A stretch of DNA of 64,000 nt, taken from assembly GCA_964610435.1 (NCBI GenBank), contig CAZSXM010000003.1, forward strand, positions 86,575 to 150,574, in the 5' to 3' direction. Origin of the DNA: an uncultured Pirellulales bacterium. GTDB taxonomy: Bacteria > Planctomycetota > Phycisphaerae > Sedimentisphaerales > Anaerobacaceae. The notes under the pieces were generated by a model, which worked only from the letters and a program-made list of their open reading frames with translations, did not search any database and was not told where the DNA came from. Positions 1 to 10,496 of this stretch are shown in pieces (positions within the stretch are counted from its first letter, which is position 1; each line of letters opens with the position of its first letter). The translations under genes and the position numbers were made by a program.

Positions 1-670
1 CTGCAGAATCAAGACGGGCGCCTACTACCTCAACGGGGCCTGCGTGGTGTACGATATCGGGCACAAACGAACGCTTTCGGCGATCGGGCACGAAGGATGG
101 CATCAGTTCAACAACCGCCATTTCAAGTACCGCCTGCCGAGCTGGCTGGATGAAGGCATCGCCATGCTCTTCGAGACCAGTACATACGAGAACGGAATGT
201 ATTCGTTTGACGCGACTCGGAACTATCCGAGGCTCGGGGCCCTTCATGAGACCCTGGTTAACGGCAAGCAGATGCGGCTGAGAGATCTGATCGCGACCAG
301 CCCGGGCGAGGTCCTTGCCACCGACGAGAACGAAGCGGTCATGGCGTTCTACAGCCAGTCCTATGCTCTGGTGCGCTTCCTGCGGGAAGCCGGTCACGGC
401 AAGCGCGCAACCCGCTATCACCGGCTCCTCTGGGACGGCTTGCTTGGGGAGTGGCCGCTGGACGAGGAGGCCGGCAGGATCGCTGAGGATCGCAATTTGT
501 CCCGGACGGTTCAGTGGAATCGAGTCGTCGGGCCCCAACTGTTTGAACGATATGTGGGAAGCGATCTCGATCGTCTGGAGCAGGAGTATTCGCTCTTCTG
601 TCGCCGGATCGTCGGCGGTGTGCCGTTGGTTCGGGTCGACGATGAGGATGCGCCCAAGGTCGCTCCGTGA
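1..670 (+). CDS. DUF1570-like zinc metallopeptidase, 5'-truncated by the window edge
   Basis: Frame is open from base 2. HExxH motif (HEGWH) is followed by WLDEGIA and FYSQSYALVRFL, as in planctomycete DUF1570/peptidase MA-like proteins. Confidence 0.7.
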   Translation, partial: CRIKTGAYYLNGACVVYDIGHKRTLSAIGHEGWHQFNNRHFKYRLPSWLDEGIAMLFETSTYENGMYSFDATRNYPRLGALHETLVNGKQMRLRDLIATSPGEVLATDENEAVMAFYSQSYALVRFLREAGHGKRATRYHRLLWDGLLGEWPLDEEAGRIAEDRNLSRTVQWNRVVGPQLFERYVGSDLDRLEQEYSLFCRRIVGGVPLVRVDDEDAPKVAP

Positions 671-1284
671 AACGCATGGAAGAGGATGGCAACGGCATGG
701 ATGACTCAGCGACAAGGATGATCCTGGCCTCCGCTTCATCTCGCCGCAGGGACCTTCTGATCGAGGCGGGGTACGCATTCGATGTGGTCCCCTCCGATGT
801 GGATGAAGAGGCGTTCTCCGCCGACGGATACCGTCCTGCCCTATACGCCGAGATCCTGGCTCTGGCCAAGGCGCGAAGCGTCGCGCCGCGATACCGCGAC
901 CGCATCGTGCTCGGCGCCGACACCATCGTCGATTGCGACGGCGAGATCATTGGCAAGCCCGCTGACGAGCGGGACGCCGAACGCATCACGAGGAAGCTCT
1001 TCGGTAGGCCCCACGACGTCATTACCGGCTTGGCCCTGGTCCGCCTGGCCGACGGGGTCGAGATCGTCCGCTCCGATGTCACAACCGTTTATCCTCGCAA
1101 GCTCAGCGACGAACAGATCGCCCACCACCTCGCCGGCCGCACGTGGGAAGGCAAAGCCGGTGCCTACGCCATTCAGGAGACCGGCGACGAATTCGTCGAA
1201 CGCATCGAAGGCAGCCTCACCAACGTCGTCGGCCTTCCCATGGAACTGCTTGCGAAGCTACTCTCAGAGGCCTTCACCACTTGA
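667..1284 (+). CDS. maf: Maf-family nucleoside triphosphate pyrophosphatase
   Basis: Motifs ILASASSRRRDLL, VLGADTIV, GKP, GKAGAYAIQ, IEGSLTNVVGLP. Start could be 667, 676 or 697. Confidence 0.93.
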   Translation: MKRMEEDGNGMDDSATRMILASASSRRRDLLIEAGYAFDVVPSDVDEEAFSADGYRPALYAEILALAKARSVAPRYRDRIVLGADTIVDCDGEIIGKPADERDAERITRKLFGRPHDVITGLALVRLADGVEIVRSDVTTVYPRKLSDEQIAHHLAGRTWEGKAGAYAIQETGDEFVERIEGSLTNVVGLPMELLAKLLSEAFTT

Positions 1285-2167
1285 AGTAGCAGGCGTAGTG
1301 GCGGTAGAGCAGGCCGATGGCGCGCATGGCGAAGATGGCGACGACCTGGACCAGCAGGTTCAGGGCCAGGTTCAGAGCGGTGGTGATCGGGCCGTCGCCG
1401 GTGTACTGCTCGGCCTGCGTCTGGAGGAAGCACGCGGCCGCCAGCAGCGCAACGCATGTGACGTACGGCACGAAGGCGTGCGCTATCGGGATGAGCAGGT
1501 AGTCCGGACGCAGCAGCGCGATGTCCCTGCCCACGGCGGTGGTCAGGATCGCGGCCGGAAACAGGAACAGGCCCAGCAGAAAGAGAGACTGCAGGAGCAG
1601 GTACGCCGGGCCGATTCCCGACCCGAAATTCGTCAGCGTGATCCCCGAATCCTGGAACAGCCACAGCGCGATGAAGAAAGGCAGTTCGACGAAGGCCAGC
1701 GTCAACCCGAAGATCAGTAGGGGATAGATGGCGTACCAGAGGAATGTGGCGGATGTGCCAATGTAGATTTCGGGCAGTGTATCCTCATCGAAGGCGGTCT
1801 GGTAGATTACGTTGAGGTAGAACCCAAACAGCCATCCCCAGATGAGCAAATCCGCAACGTAGTTCAGGCAACAGGCCTGGGCGAGGAAGAATCGGAAGCA
1901 GACGACCGCCGCGATGAAGACCAATGTCGTCGCGTTCCTGGGATCGACGAACAGCTTGAAGTTGCTCACGAAGACGGCGCGATGGAAGCCGGGGACAGGT
2001 TCCGGCGGCTTCTCAGGTTCCGGTGCGACCTTCTCGGGTTTCTTGAAGCTCTCAGCCGGGATGATCCACTTCTGACCGCACGTCAGACACCGCGCGCGTC
2101 GGCCGGCGTGCTTGCTGTCGAACGCGATCAACGCACCGCACTTCGGACAGTTGAACTCAATCGTCAT
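1274..2167 (-). CDS. Zinc-ribbon-containing multi-pass membrane protein
   Basis: N-terminal CPKC...CLTC ribbon, Pro/Glu linker, then about 6 hydrophobic segments. Confidence 0.7.
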   Translation of the reverse strand: MTIEFNCPKCGALIAFDSKHAGRRARCLTCGQKWIIPAESFKKPEKVAPEPEKPPEPVPGFHRAVFVSNFKLFVDPRNATTLVFIAAVVCFRFFLAQACCLNYVADLLIWGWLFGFYLNVIYQTAFDEDTLPEIYIGTSATFLWYAIYPLLIFGLTLAFVELPFFIALWLFQDSGITLTNFGSGIGPAYLLLQSLFLLGLFLFPAAILTTAVGRDIALLRPDYLLIPIAHAFVPYVTCVALLAAACFLQTQAEQYTGDGPITTALNLALNLLVQVVAIFAMRAIGLLYRHYACYFKW

Positions 2168-2218
2168 TTTCGTGCGAACCCAAGCGCCTGCCCGTCTGAT
2201 GCAAGGGAGCCGCTGTGA

Positions 2219-3355
2219 CTATCCTCGTTGCATGCAGTCGACGAAGGCCTTCAGGTCGTTGGCCCACTTCTGGGCTTCGAGCAGATCGACGGTCTCGTCC
2301 TTGACCAGCATGGATAGGTGTTTCTCCATCGTAATCATCTTCTCATCCCGGCGATCGCGCGTCTTGGTCTGGAGCTGCGAATAGAGTTGCTCGATCTTGC
2401 CCGTACGAATCAGGTTGGCGCAGGCGTAGTTGTTGTTGAGGATCTCCATCGCGACGACGCGCCCTTGTGCGTTCTTTCGCGGCACGAGCTTCTGGCAGAT
2501 GATGTACGCCAGACCGAGCGAGAGCTGGTTGCGGACTTCAGATTGGCGACCCTCAGGGAAGTAGTCCAGGATGCGCGTCACCGACCCGGTGACGTCGCGC
2601 GTATGCAGCGTGGAGAAGACCAGGTGTCCCGTCTCGGCGGCCATCAGGGTCATGGCGATCGTCTCGGCGTCGCGCATCTCGCCGACGAAGATGACGTCGG
2701 GGTCCTCGCGCATCATCTCCTTGAGGCCGTCCTGAAAGGACCGCACGTCGCGGCCGACCTCGCGCTGCGAGACGATCGAATACTTCTGTGGGAAGATGTA
2801 CTCGATCGGGTCTTCGACGGAGAAGACGCGATAGGCGTTCTTCTCGCTGATGCGTCCGATCAAAGAGGCGATGGTGGTGGACTTGCCCGCGCCGGTGATG
2901 CCGGTCAGCAGGACGAGTCCCTGCCTGAGCCCGACGATATCGTGCCAGACGTCGTTGGGAAAGCCGATCTCCTCGACGGCCGGCACGTCGAGCGACAGGG
3001 CCCGGATGGCGGCGGCGATCCCGTCGTTCTCGCGGAAGACGTTGATCCGGAACTGGAGCGATCCGACGCGGTAAGAGCAGTCGACGCTGTGCTGAGTCTG
3101 GAGTTTGGAGACGTTGTGCTGCCGCAGCAGGGGGAAGATGAGTTGCTTGGCCAACTCCGCTGTCACGTTGGGGCCCTTGAGTTTGACGAGATTGCCGTCG
3201 ATGCGGTAGGCCGGCGGCGCGTTGACCTTGATGTGCAGATCGGAGACCCGCATGGCGCCGTGCTCCTCGAAGTACCGGAGCATGTCCAGAATGCTGTACT
3301 TGCCCAGATTCTCAGTGGGGTAGACCTTGGCGGCCGGGGAGTATTCTTCTGCCAT
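2219..3355 (-). CDS. pilT: PilT/PilU-family type IV pilus retraction ATPase
   Basis: SDLHIK, Walker A GITGAGKST, VEDPIE, DPDVIFVGEMRD, ETGHLVFSTLHT. Alternative starts at 3376 or 3400. Confidence 0.88.
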   Translation of the reverse strand: MAEEYSPAAKVYPTENLGKYSILDMLRYFEEHGAMRVSDLHIKVNAPPAYRIDGNLVKLKGPNVTAELAKQLIFPLLRQHNVSKLQTQHSVDCSYRVGSLQFRINVFRENDGIAAAIRALSLDVPAVEEIGFPNDVWHDIVGLRQGLVLLTGITGAGKSTTIASLIGRISEKNAYRVFSVEDPIEYIFPQKYSIVSQREVGRDVRSFQDGLKEMMREDPDVIFVGEMRDAETIAMTLMAAETGHLVFSTLHTRDVTGSVTRILDYFPEGRQSEVRNQLSLGLAYIICQKLVPRKNAQGRVVAMEILNNNYACANLIRTGKIEQLYSQLQTKTRDRRDEKMITMEKHLSMLVKDETVDLLEAQKWANDLKAFVDCMQRG

Positions 3356-3491
3356 ATCGTTCTCCGTCGTATCCATCTCGAACTGCGGATTCCTCCCCAC
3401 CTGTCCGTCCGCTGGATGAAACGCTTGATATAGTATACCGGTTTGGCGGCATCAAGGGAAGGTGGTCTTGCCGAGCAACGACCGGGCCGTC

Positions 3492-3776
3492 CTACTTCTC
3501 TCCGGTACCGTCGTTCTTGAGCCAGTCCTGCAGGTTGGCGGCGAGGATCTTGACGTCCTTGGCCGCCAGGATATGCTCGGCCAGCGTGGCCGGGATGTCC
3601 AGCTTGGTCATGGCCTGTTCGACCCGCTTCCAGAGGCGATCGCGTTTGGGCTGCGTGTCGGCCAGGTACAGTTCGGTGACCAGTTCCTGGAGCTTGGCGA
3701 GCATGATCGTATCAAGGTTCTTGTAGTACCCCGATATGATGCTCTGCTGATGCGCGGTGTAGTCCCGTCGAGCCAT
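3492..3776 (-). CDS. Small conserved hypothetical protein (MARRDYTAHQQSIISGYYKNLD...)
   Basis: Protein-like helical sequence; resembles a small planctomycete-conserved protein from memory. Start trimmed to the ATG at 3776. Confidence 0.7.
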   Translation of the reverse strand: MARRDYTAHQQSIISGYYKNLDTIMLAKLQELVTELYLADTQPKRDRLWKRVEQAMTKLDIPATLAEHILAAKDVKILAANLQDWLKNDGTGEK

Positions 3777-3976
3777 GTCTACTGTCCGTGTCGAGGCGTT
3801 CGTGTGCGGTTCATTGCATTCCAGCGGGTCCTTTCTACCGCAAGAGCCCTGCCGAATCAAGCGGCGTCCGGCCCACAGGGGGTTTTTGCTGGCTTTGCCC
3901 GGACGGAGGGCTATAATCTCGTTGAAACATAACTCGCGCAGGATGCCTACGTTGTTGTGGATGAGACGATCGCGGG

Positions 3977-6919
3977 ATGCGATATCGGTTAATGATGGTC
4001 ACTGTGTTGTTGTGGATGCTGTCCTTATCGGCGTTGGGCGGCGGGGAGCATCCTCCCGACGAGCTTTCCGGCGCCGGCCCTTTGGCGTCGGCGCGGCGGC
4101 GGCTCGTTGAAGACCTTCGCGTCGTGACCGAGGACCTGCTGCGTCAAAGCGATGATGCCGGACGACATCTGTTGGTCTGCCGCGATGGTTTCAGCATGGC
4201 TGTGGCGGACATACAATTGGCCGCCCAGAGCGCCGTGGTGCGGATTGATGTGGTCGGCGACGACGAAGGTCTTGAAGGCACTTGGTATCAGGTCCACGTT
4301 TATCTGAGCGGCTCGGTCTCGCAGGAGCAGGTGGACGGTTTGAGAAACGCAGGCCTGGAGGTCGAGGCAGTCGAACGGGGCATGGCGACCGTGTTGAGGT
4401 TCGACCTGGACGGCGAGGTCTTCGTGACCGGGGACAGAAGCGAGACCGGCAGTCCCCAAGGGCTCCTACTGTACAGGCGGGCCGTCGAAGCCTTTGATGC
4501 CGCCGGTCGCGAGGGGCCATCCGAGGCGGAATTGCCCGCGTCGCGGAGCGTAGCAGCGCGTCTTGGTCCGGGTCGCGCCACCCCCGAGGCCGGACACACG
4601 CTCAGTTGGGCGCCCTTGACCGACGTTCCACTGACCATTGAGATCACAACGGAGGCCGGTGTTGAGGTGACCACCGTTATGGGGCGGCTCTATGCATGGT
4701 GGCGGCAGCACGATCCGGAAAAGACCGACTCGACGGTCTACGAGTTGGAGGCGGACAACCTTGTCCTTTGGCGGTATCTGACAGATACGAATCGGGCGGG
4801 AACCGACCCGCCGTCTGAGCGGCGGCAGGGCGTTGCCGAGATCTATGTCTCCGGCGATGTGCACATCAGGCAAGGCCAGAGGGTCATTCGCGCAAGCGAG
4901 TTATACTATGATCTTCGCCGACAGCGCGGGCTGATTGACGACGCGGTGATGCGGACGTTCGACTCGGCGCGGAATATCCCCATCTACATCCGCGCCGACC
5001 GGTTGAGACAGGTGGCCGCGGACGAATTTGAGGCGCAGGGCGTTACCCTGACCACGAGCGAGTTTCACATGCCTCAGTTGTCGGCCACTGCCGAGAAGGT
5101 GCGTGTCACGGATCGGGTGGCCGATGACGAACTGGCCTACGATTCCGGTTTCGATGCCCAGATGGACGGCGTGCGGTTCAGGTACTATGACGCCACGATC
5201 TTCGGTCTGCCGTCGTTGCGATCGAATCTCCAGAGGCCCGATGTTCCCCTGAAATCTGCAAAGGTCGGTCGCAGCAGAACTTATGGAATGTCTATTGAAA
5301 CGCAGTGGTTCCTCAGTCGCATCCTCGGCCTTCGCGAGCCGGAGGGGACCGACAGCACGTTGTCTCTGGATTACTACGGCAAGAGGGGCTTCGGGGGCGG
5401 TGTCGATATTGCCTACGAGCGGCAGACCTACTTCGGTCACCTGTTGGGCTATGCGATTGCCGACGATGGAACCGATAGGCTCAGCCGATCCCAGAAGAGC
5501 GTTGAATTCTCCGAAGATGTCCGCGGCCGGCTGAAATGGCAGCATCGTCACTTCTTGCCCTTTGGTTGGCAACTGACGGCCGAGGCCAGCTATCTGTCGG
5601 ATACGAACTTCCTCCAACAGTACTACCGCAGCGAGTTCAACGTCGGAAAGGAACAGGAGACTCTGCTCCATCTCAAGCGGATTGAGGACAACTGGGCCCT
5701 GTCTCTGCTGGGCAAGGCTCGCATCAACGACTTCCTCGATAAGGTCGAGGAGATGCCGACAGGCCAGTTCCACTGGACCGGTCAGTCGTTTCTTCAGGAT
5801 CGCCTTACGTTTTACAGCAACAATCAGATTAGTCGGTATCGCTATCGCTACAGCGATGAGGCCCCTTCGAGAGGTTCGGAGGAGTTCTTCATGTACGCGA
5901 TGACTCGCAACGAAGTCGATATGCCGCTTGCGGTGGGCAGGACCAGGATTGTGCCGTTTGTGGCCGGCACGTTTGGGTACGAAGACGGAGGCGGGTTTCA
6001 GTCGGCGCTGGACGATTCGCCCGTCGAGCGTCAGGAAGCCGTTTGGATCGGCGAAGGTGGGGTCCGGATGTCGGCGCCGCCGTTCTGGCGAGTCTATCCG
6101 GATGTACAGTCACGGTTCTGGGACCTCAACCAACTGCGGCACGTGGTCAGCCCCCAACTCACGGCGGTGGCCTATACGCACAGTCACAGAGCTGTCGAGC
6201 AGCGGGACGTTCTGAACCTTGGCATCTACCAGCGCTGGCAAACCAAACGGGGTCCCCTGGGACCGGAAAGCCAGCGAACGGTTGACTGGCTCAAGGTGAA
6301 TCTCGACTTTGTGTGGGTCAGCGACTCGGGCGATGCAAGCGCCGGGCCCGATCAGATCCTCTGGAACCAGCCCTTTATCCCCTTGGCCAATCCCTCCGGC
6401 AGCGTGCTCTTGCCGCAGGATCGGCGCGCCACAGGTGTGTTTGGGCCGCGCCGCGACTACATTGGGGCCGATGCCGCGCTGAGGCTGACGGACACGACAT
6501 CGATCCTGGGGGATATGCACTATGACATGCGAAGCGGGGTGTTCGGCCAGATTGATGTGGGCTTCTCTCGCTTGTGCTGGCCTAACCTAAGCTACTATGT
6601 GGGCAGTCGTTACCTGCGGCGCGTCGTGAGTGGAAGGGAGCGGGGTTCCAACGCGGTCACGTTCGCCGCCACCTATGTGATCGATCCGAGATACACCGCA
6701 GTTTTCTCTCAGCAATATGATTTTGACTATGGCGAGGGCACCCGAAGTGATATAACGTTAATTCGTAGATACCATCGGATGAATCTGGCGATGACGCTCA
6801 GTGCCGATGAATCACTCGACGAACAGAGCTTCGTGGTGAGTCTCTGGCCGCAAGGGGTTCCGGAGTTGGCTTTTGGACTGCGCCGGTACACCGATTTGGG
6901 GATGTCGGAAGCATATTAG
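3977..6919 (+). CDS. lptD: LPS-assembly protein LptD (planctomycete type)
   Basis: Signal peptide; jelly-roll-like region (YVSGDVHIRQGQRVIRASELYYD); long beta-barrel with alternating aromatic strands. Confidence 0.75.
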   Translation: MRYRLMMVTVLLWMLSLSALGGGEHPPDELSGAGPLASARRRLVEDLRVVTEDLLRQSDDAGRHLLVCRDGFSMAVADIQLAAQSAVVRIDVVGDDEGLEGTWYQVHVYLSGSVSQEQVDGLRNAGLEVEAVERGMATVLRFDLDGEVFVTGDRSETGSPQGLLLYRRAVEAFDAAGREGPSEAELPASRSVAARLGPGRATPEAGHTLSWAPLTDVPLTIEITTEAGVEVTTVMGRLYAWWRQHDPEKTDSTVYELEADNLVLWRYLTDTNRAGTDPPSERRQGVAEIYVSGDVHIRQGQRVIRASELYYDLRRQRGLIDDAVMRTFDSARNIPIYIRADRLRQVAADEFEAQGVTLTTSEFHMPQLSATAEKVRVTDRVADDELAYDSGFDAQMDGVRFRYYDATIFGLPSLRSNLQRPDVPLKSAKVGRSRTYGMSIETQWFLSRILGLREPEGTDSTLSLDYYGKRGFGGGVDIAYERQTYFGHLLGYAIADDGTDRLSRSQKSVEFSEDVRGRLKWQHRHFLPFGWQLTAEASYLSDTNFLQQYYRSEFNVGKEQETLLHLKRIEDNWALSLLGKARINDFLDKVEEMPTGQFHWTGQSFLQDRLTFYSNNQISRYRYRYSDEAPSRGSEEFFMYAMTRNEVDMPLAVGRTRIVPFVAGTFGYEDGGGFQSALDDSPVERQEAVWIGEGGVRMSAPPFWRVYPDVQSRFWDLNQLRHVVSPQLTAVAYTHSHRAVEQRDVLNLGIYQRWQTKRGPLGPESQRTVDWLKVNLDFVWVSDSGDASAGPDQILWNQPFIPLANPSGSVLLPQDRRATGVFGPRRDYIGADAALRLTDTTSILGDMHYDMRSGVFGQIDVGFSRLCWPNLSYYVGSRYLRRVVSGRERGSNAVTFAATYVIDPRYTAVFSQQYDFDYGEGTRSDITLIRRYHRMNLAMTLSADESLDEQSFVVSLWPQGVPELAFGLRRYTDLGMSEAY

Positions 6920-7045
6920 GACCTGGTCGCCAAGGCCGTGCGACTCAGTGGGGTTGGAGCCTCTTGGGCTGCGGCTGCGGTCGCGATCGCCAAAGACGCG
7001 AACCCGATGATTTGACTGGTTTGGACACTTTGTAAGGAGCAGACT

Positions 7046-7990
7046 ATGCCGTTAGTCAACACCCAGAAGATGTTTGAGATGGCCTACAAGAATGGCTATG
7101 CCGTCGGCGCTTTCAACGTCAACAACATGGAGATCACGCAGGGCATCGTTCAGGCGGTCGCCGAGGAGAAGGCGCCCTTGATCCTTCAGATCTCCAGAGG
7201 CGCCCGGGAATACGCCAAGAACAGCTACCTTAAGGCCATCATCGACGTCGTGGTCAAAGAGAATCCGGACATCCCGGTGGCTATAAACCTTGACCACGGC
7301 GATACTTTCGAGACCTGCAAGGAGTTCGTGGACGACGGTTTCACCTCGGTGATGATTGACGGCTCGCACCTGCCCTTCGAAGAGAATGTCGCTATCACCA
7401 AGAAGGTGGTTGAGTATGCTCATCCTCGCGGCGTGGTTGTCGAGGCTGAACTTGGGCAACTCGGGGGCATTGAGGAAGACGTGGTTGGGGTGGACGACGT
7501 CAGCAAACACCTCGCCGATCCGAGTCAGGTGGTGGAATTCGTCGAGAAGAGCGGCTGCGATTCCCTGGCCATCGCTTGCGGAACGAGCCATGGGGCCTAC
7601 AAGTTCAAGACCGCACCTACGCTGGCTTTTGACGTAATAGAAGAGATAGGTCAGAAACTCCCAGGTTTTCCGCTGGTGATGCACGGTTCCAGCAGCGTGC
7701 TGAAGGAGTTCAAAGATCTGATCAACAAGTATGGGGGCCAGATGCCCGATGCCATGGGGGTGCCGGAAGAGATGGTAACCAGGGCCTCCAAGATGGCCAT
7801 GTGTAAAGTCAATATCGACACCGATTTGCGAATGGCTCTGACGGCCAAGATTCGTCAAGTCTTCGCTGAGAAGCCGGCAGAGTTCGACCCGCGTAAGTAC
7901 CTGGGGCCGGGCCGCGATGCCATTCGAGAAATGGTCCGTCACAAACTGCATGTCCTCGGTTGCGCCGGAAAAGCGCAGGAGTGCTTGTAG
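7046..7990 (+). CDS. fba: Class II fructose-1,6-bisphosphate aldolase
   Basis: YAVGAFNVNN, LDHG, SVMIDGSH, VEAELG, GTSHGAYK, LVMHGSS, KVNIDTD, FDPRKYL. Confidence 0.96.
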   Translation: MPLVNTQKMFEMAYKNGYAVGAFNVNNMEITQGIVQAVAEEKAPLILQISRGAREYAKNSYLKAIIDVVVKENPDIPVAINLDHGDTFETCKEFVDDGFTSVMIDGSHLPFEENVAITKKVVEYAHPRGVVVEAELGQLGGIEEDVVGVDDVSKHLADPSQVVEFVEKSGCDSLAIACGTSHGAYKFKTAPTLAFDVIEEIGQKLPGFPLVMHGSSSVLKEFKDLINKYGGQMPDAMGVPEEMVTRASKMAMCKVNIDTDLRMALTAKIRQVFAEKPAEFDPRKYLGPGRDAIREMVRHKLHVLGCAGKAQECL

Positions 7991-8061
7991 GCTCAGAAGG
8001 TGATCGACGTGCACCTTGTCGGCGGTCGCGGGCGTAATGGCCTGCGATCGCTGATGGTACG

Positions 8062-10467
8062 GTGCTCCGCAGATCTGCCTTATTGTGGCCGGGGTCTCCA
8101 ATAGCTGAAAGGAGCGGTTCATTGCTAACCCAAGATCCGAGAAGGTCGCTGTCTGATTGTGGACGGTGCCGACGCAAACGCTGGAGAGCCGGGATTTGGC
8201 ATCTGGTTCTGTTCTCGTGTGCGTTAACCCTGACTGTCGCCGATTGGTTCGGTGGCTACACCTGCTCAGCTCAATCGGCCCGACGGGTCGCTGCCAGCGC
8301 GGGGGCAGCCGCAGAGCAGAAGGCGGGTGGGCAGGGTTCGTCAGAGATCGACGCGATTACCGAGGCCTGCCTCCACATCTACCAGGGCTTCTTCACCGAG
8401 GCCGAGCAGTTCATCCAAAAAGCGAAGGCTTCCCAAGGCCGACAAGCCGAACTGCTTGAGCAGGTTGTCCGGGAATATGATCGCATCAGTCAACGGCGGC
8501 ATGTGGCCCGCGCCGAGGCGTACGCCGAGCAATTGCAGAAGCTCGAAGAACTCAAGGGGACGGTGGACCTGTCGAGAGTCGATCCTCCCGTCGCAGCCAA
8601 GAGAACGGACGAGGATTCGATCGAGCTGGAGGACAACGAGCCGAACGGGCCCAACGACGTTACGGATGTTCTGGCGGTGCTCGTCAAGGCGACTGAGTTT
8701 GCCAACGATCAGCAGAGGGCCGCGCTTCTGGACGATCCATTTGTCAAGCAGGCCCTTCAGGTGAGCGTCGACCGCAGCGTGATTCTCGAGGCCGAGGGCA
8801 AATGGCTCGACGCCTATGCGAGCTACTACTACTGGCTTCAGGCCATCGACCCAAACAATCGCGGGTATTCCGACCATGCCGACCTGCTTCTGGAGAAGGC
8901 AGGCATTGCCGGCTCATTCCAGGACAGTCCGTGTGAGACACGCAAGGAGCGGTTCGAGGGAGTCGAAGAGCGGATGTTCCAACGGGCCATGGATGCGCTG
9001 AGCCTGCATTACGTCAACAGCATTGACTACGTCCGAATGGCGACCGAGGCCATCACGCGGTGCGATCATCTGGCCCAGGTACTGGTGATCACCGGCGCGC
9101 AGGATCCGAACGGCGACGGTTCTTTCCCGGTGCCGGCGCCCGAGAAGGTCACAGCCTGGTCCGTGGCCCTGATGGGGCTGCGCGAGGAGGTCGAGACGCG
9201 GGCGCAGGACTTCGGCAAAGACGACGTTCTGGATGTTCTGAAGAAGGCCCTGGCGTTGAACGAAGCCACCGTTCAACTGCCTCGCCGCCCACTCATCGCC
9301 CACTTCTCTGAGGCGGCGCTGAATACGCTCGATCCGTACACCGTCATGGTTTGGCCGCGACAGGTGCAGGACTTCGAAAAGATGATGATGAACGAGTTCT
9401 CGGGCATTGGAATCGAGATCTCGAAACCGCGCGGGCTGTTGACCATCGGCAGTCTGCTGCCCGGCACGCCGGCCTATCGTGCCGGCCTGGATGCCGGTGA
9501 TGTGATCGAAGCGGTCGACGGCATTCCGACCAAGGACATGAGTCTGACGTGTGCCGTCAAGAAGATCACCGGGCCGAAGGGCACGAGTGTGACTCTGTCG
9601 GTCAAGCGACCGGCCGACGACAAGGCCGAGGAGATCACGATCACGCGGGACCGCATCATCGTTCCCACCATCCGGGGCTGGCAACGGACCGAGGCCGGGA
9701 CATGGCTGTATACCGTCGATGAGGCGAATCAGATCGGCTACGTGCGGATTACGAGCTTCTCCGGCGAGACGGTCGGAGATTTCGCGTCTGTTCTCCGCGC
9801 GTTGGAGGCACAGGGGCTCAAAGGGGTGATCCTCGATCTGCGTTTCAATACGGGTGGATTGCTCGACAGCGCCGTGAAGGTCGTCGATAAGTTCCTGCGA
9901 GAAGGGTTGATCGTCCGCACGCAACCGAAGGTTGGGATGATTCCCAGCTATGAGTACGCCCATCGACGAGGGACACACCCGGACTATCCGCTGGTGATTC
10001 TGATCAACTCCAGCAGTGCCAGTGCCTCGGAGATCGTGGCCGGCGCGCTGGCCGACCCCAAGTACAAACGAGCCGTTCTTGTGGGTAGCCGTACCCACGG
10101 CAAGGGAAGCGTCCAAGGCATCACGCACTATCCCGGCGGTGGGGCCCAGTTGAAGTACACCATGGCCTACTACCACCTGCCCTCCGGTCAGCGCGTCAAG
10201 AGCCGCGAGGCGGTCGAGAGAGAAGGGGGCAAGGATTGGGGGGTCGGTCCGGACGTGGAGGTCGAGCTCAACAGCAACGAGCAGAGGGCGATGATCGAGG
10301 CGCAGAGAGACAACGACGTGCTCGTTCAGGCGGCCCGCGAGGAGCATGGCGATTCCTACAGGAAGCGCACACTGGAGGAAACACTGCAAGCCGATCCGCA
10401 ACTGGCGGTAGCCTTGCTGGTTGCGAAGACCCAATTGATCGAGGCCGATGCGTTGGCGTCGAATTGA
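8062..10467 (+). CDS. ctpA: S41A carboxy-terminal processing protease with PDZ domain and N-terminal extension
   Basis: LDPYT, FSGIGIEI (PDZ), LDLRFNTGGLL, SASASEIVAGAL, THGKGSVQ. True start uncertain. Confidence 0.9.
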   Translation: MLRRSALLWPGSPIAERSGSLLTQDPRRSLSDCGRCRRKRWRAGIWHLVLFSCALTLTVADWFGGYTCSAQSARRVAASAGAAAEQKAGGQGSSEIDAITEACLHIYQGFFTEAEQFIQKAKASQGRQAELLEQVVREYDRISQRRHVARAEAYAEQLQKLEELKGTVDLSRVDPPVAAKRTDEDSIELEDNEPNGPNDVTDVLAVLVKATEFANDQQRAALLDDPFVKQALQVSVDRSVILEAEGKWLDAYASYYYWLQAIDPNNRGYSDHADLLLEKAGIAGSFQDSPCETRKERFEGVEERMFQRAMDALSLHYVNSIDYVRMATEAITRCDHLAQVLVITGAQDPNGDGSFPVPAPEKVTAWSVALMGLREEVETRAQDFGKDDVLDVLKKALALNEATVQLPRRPLIAHFSEAALNTLDPYTVMVWPRQVQDFEKMMMNEFSGIGIEISKPRGLLTIGSLLPGTPAYRAGLDAGDVIEAVDGIPTKDMSLTCAVKKITGPKGTSVTLSVKRPADDKAEEITITRDRIIVPTIRGWQRTEAGTWLYTVDEANQIGYVRITSFSGETVGDFASVLRALEAQGLKGVILDLRFNTGGLLDSAVKVVDKFLREGLIVRTQPKVGMIPSYEYAHRRGTHPDYPLVILINSSSASASEIVAGALADPKYKRAVLVGSRTHGKGSVQGITHYPGGGAQLKYTMAYYHLPSGQRVKSREAVEREGGKDWGVGPDVEVELNSNEQRAMIEAQRDNDVLVQAAREEHGDSYRKRTLEETLQADPQLAVALLVAKTQLIEADALASN

Positions 10468-10496
10468 AGAGTGGGCGGGTTGCGGAAGGCAAAACG

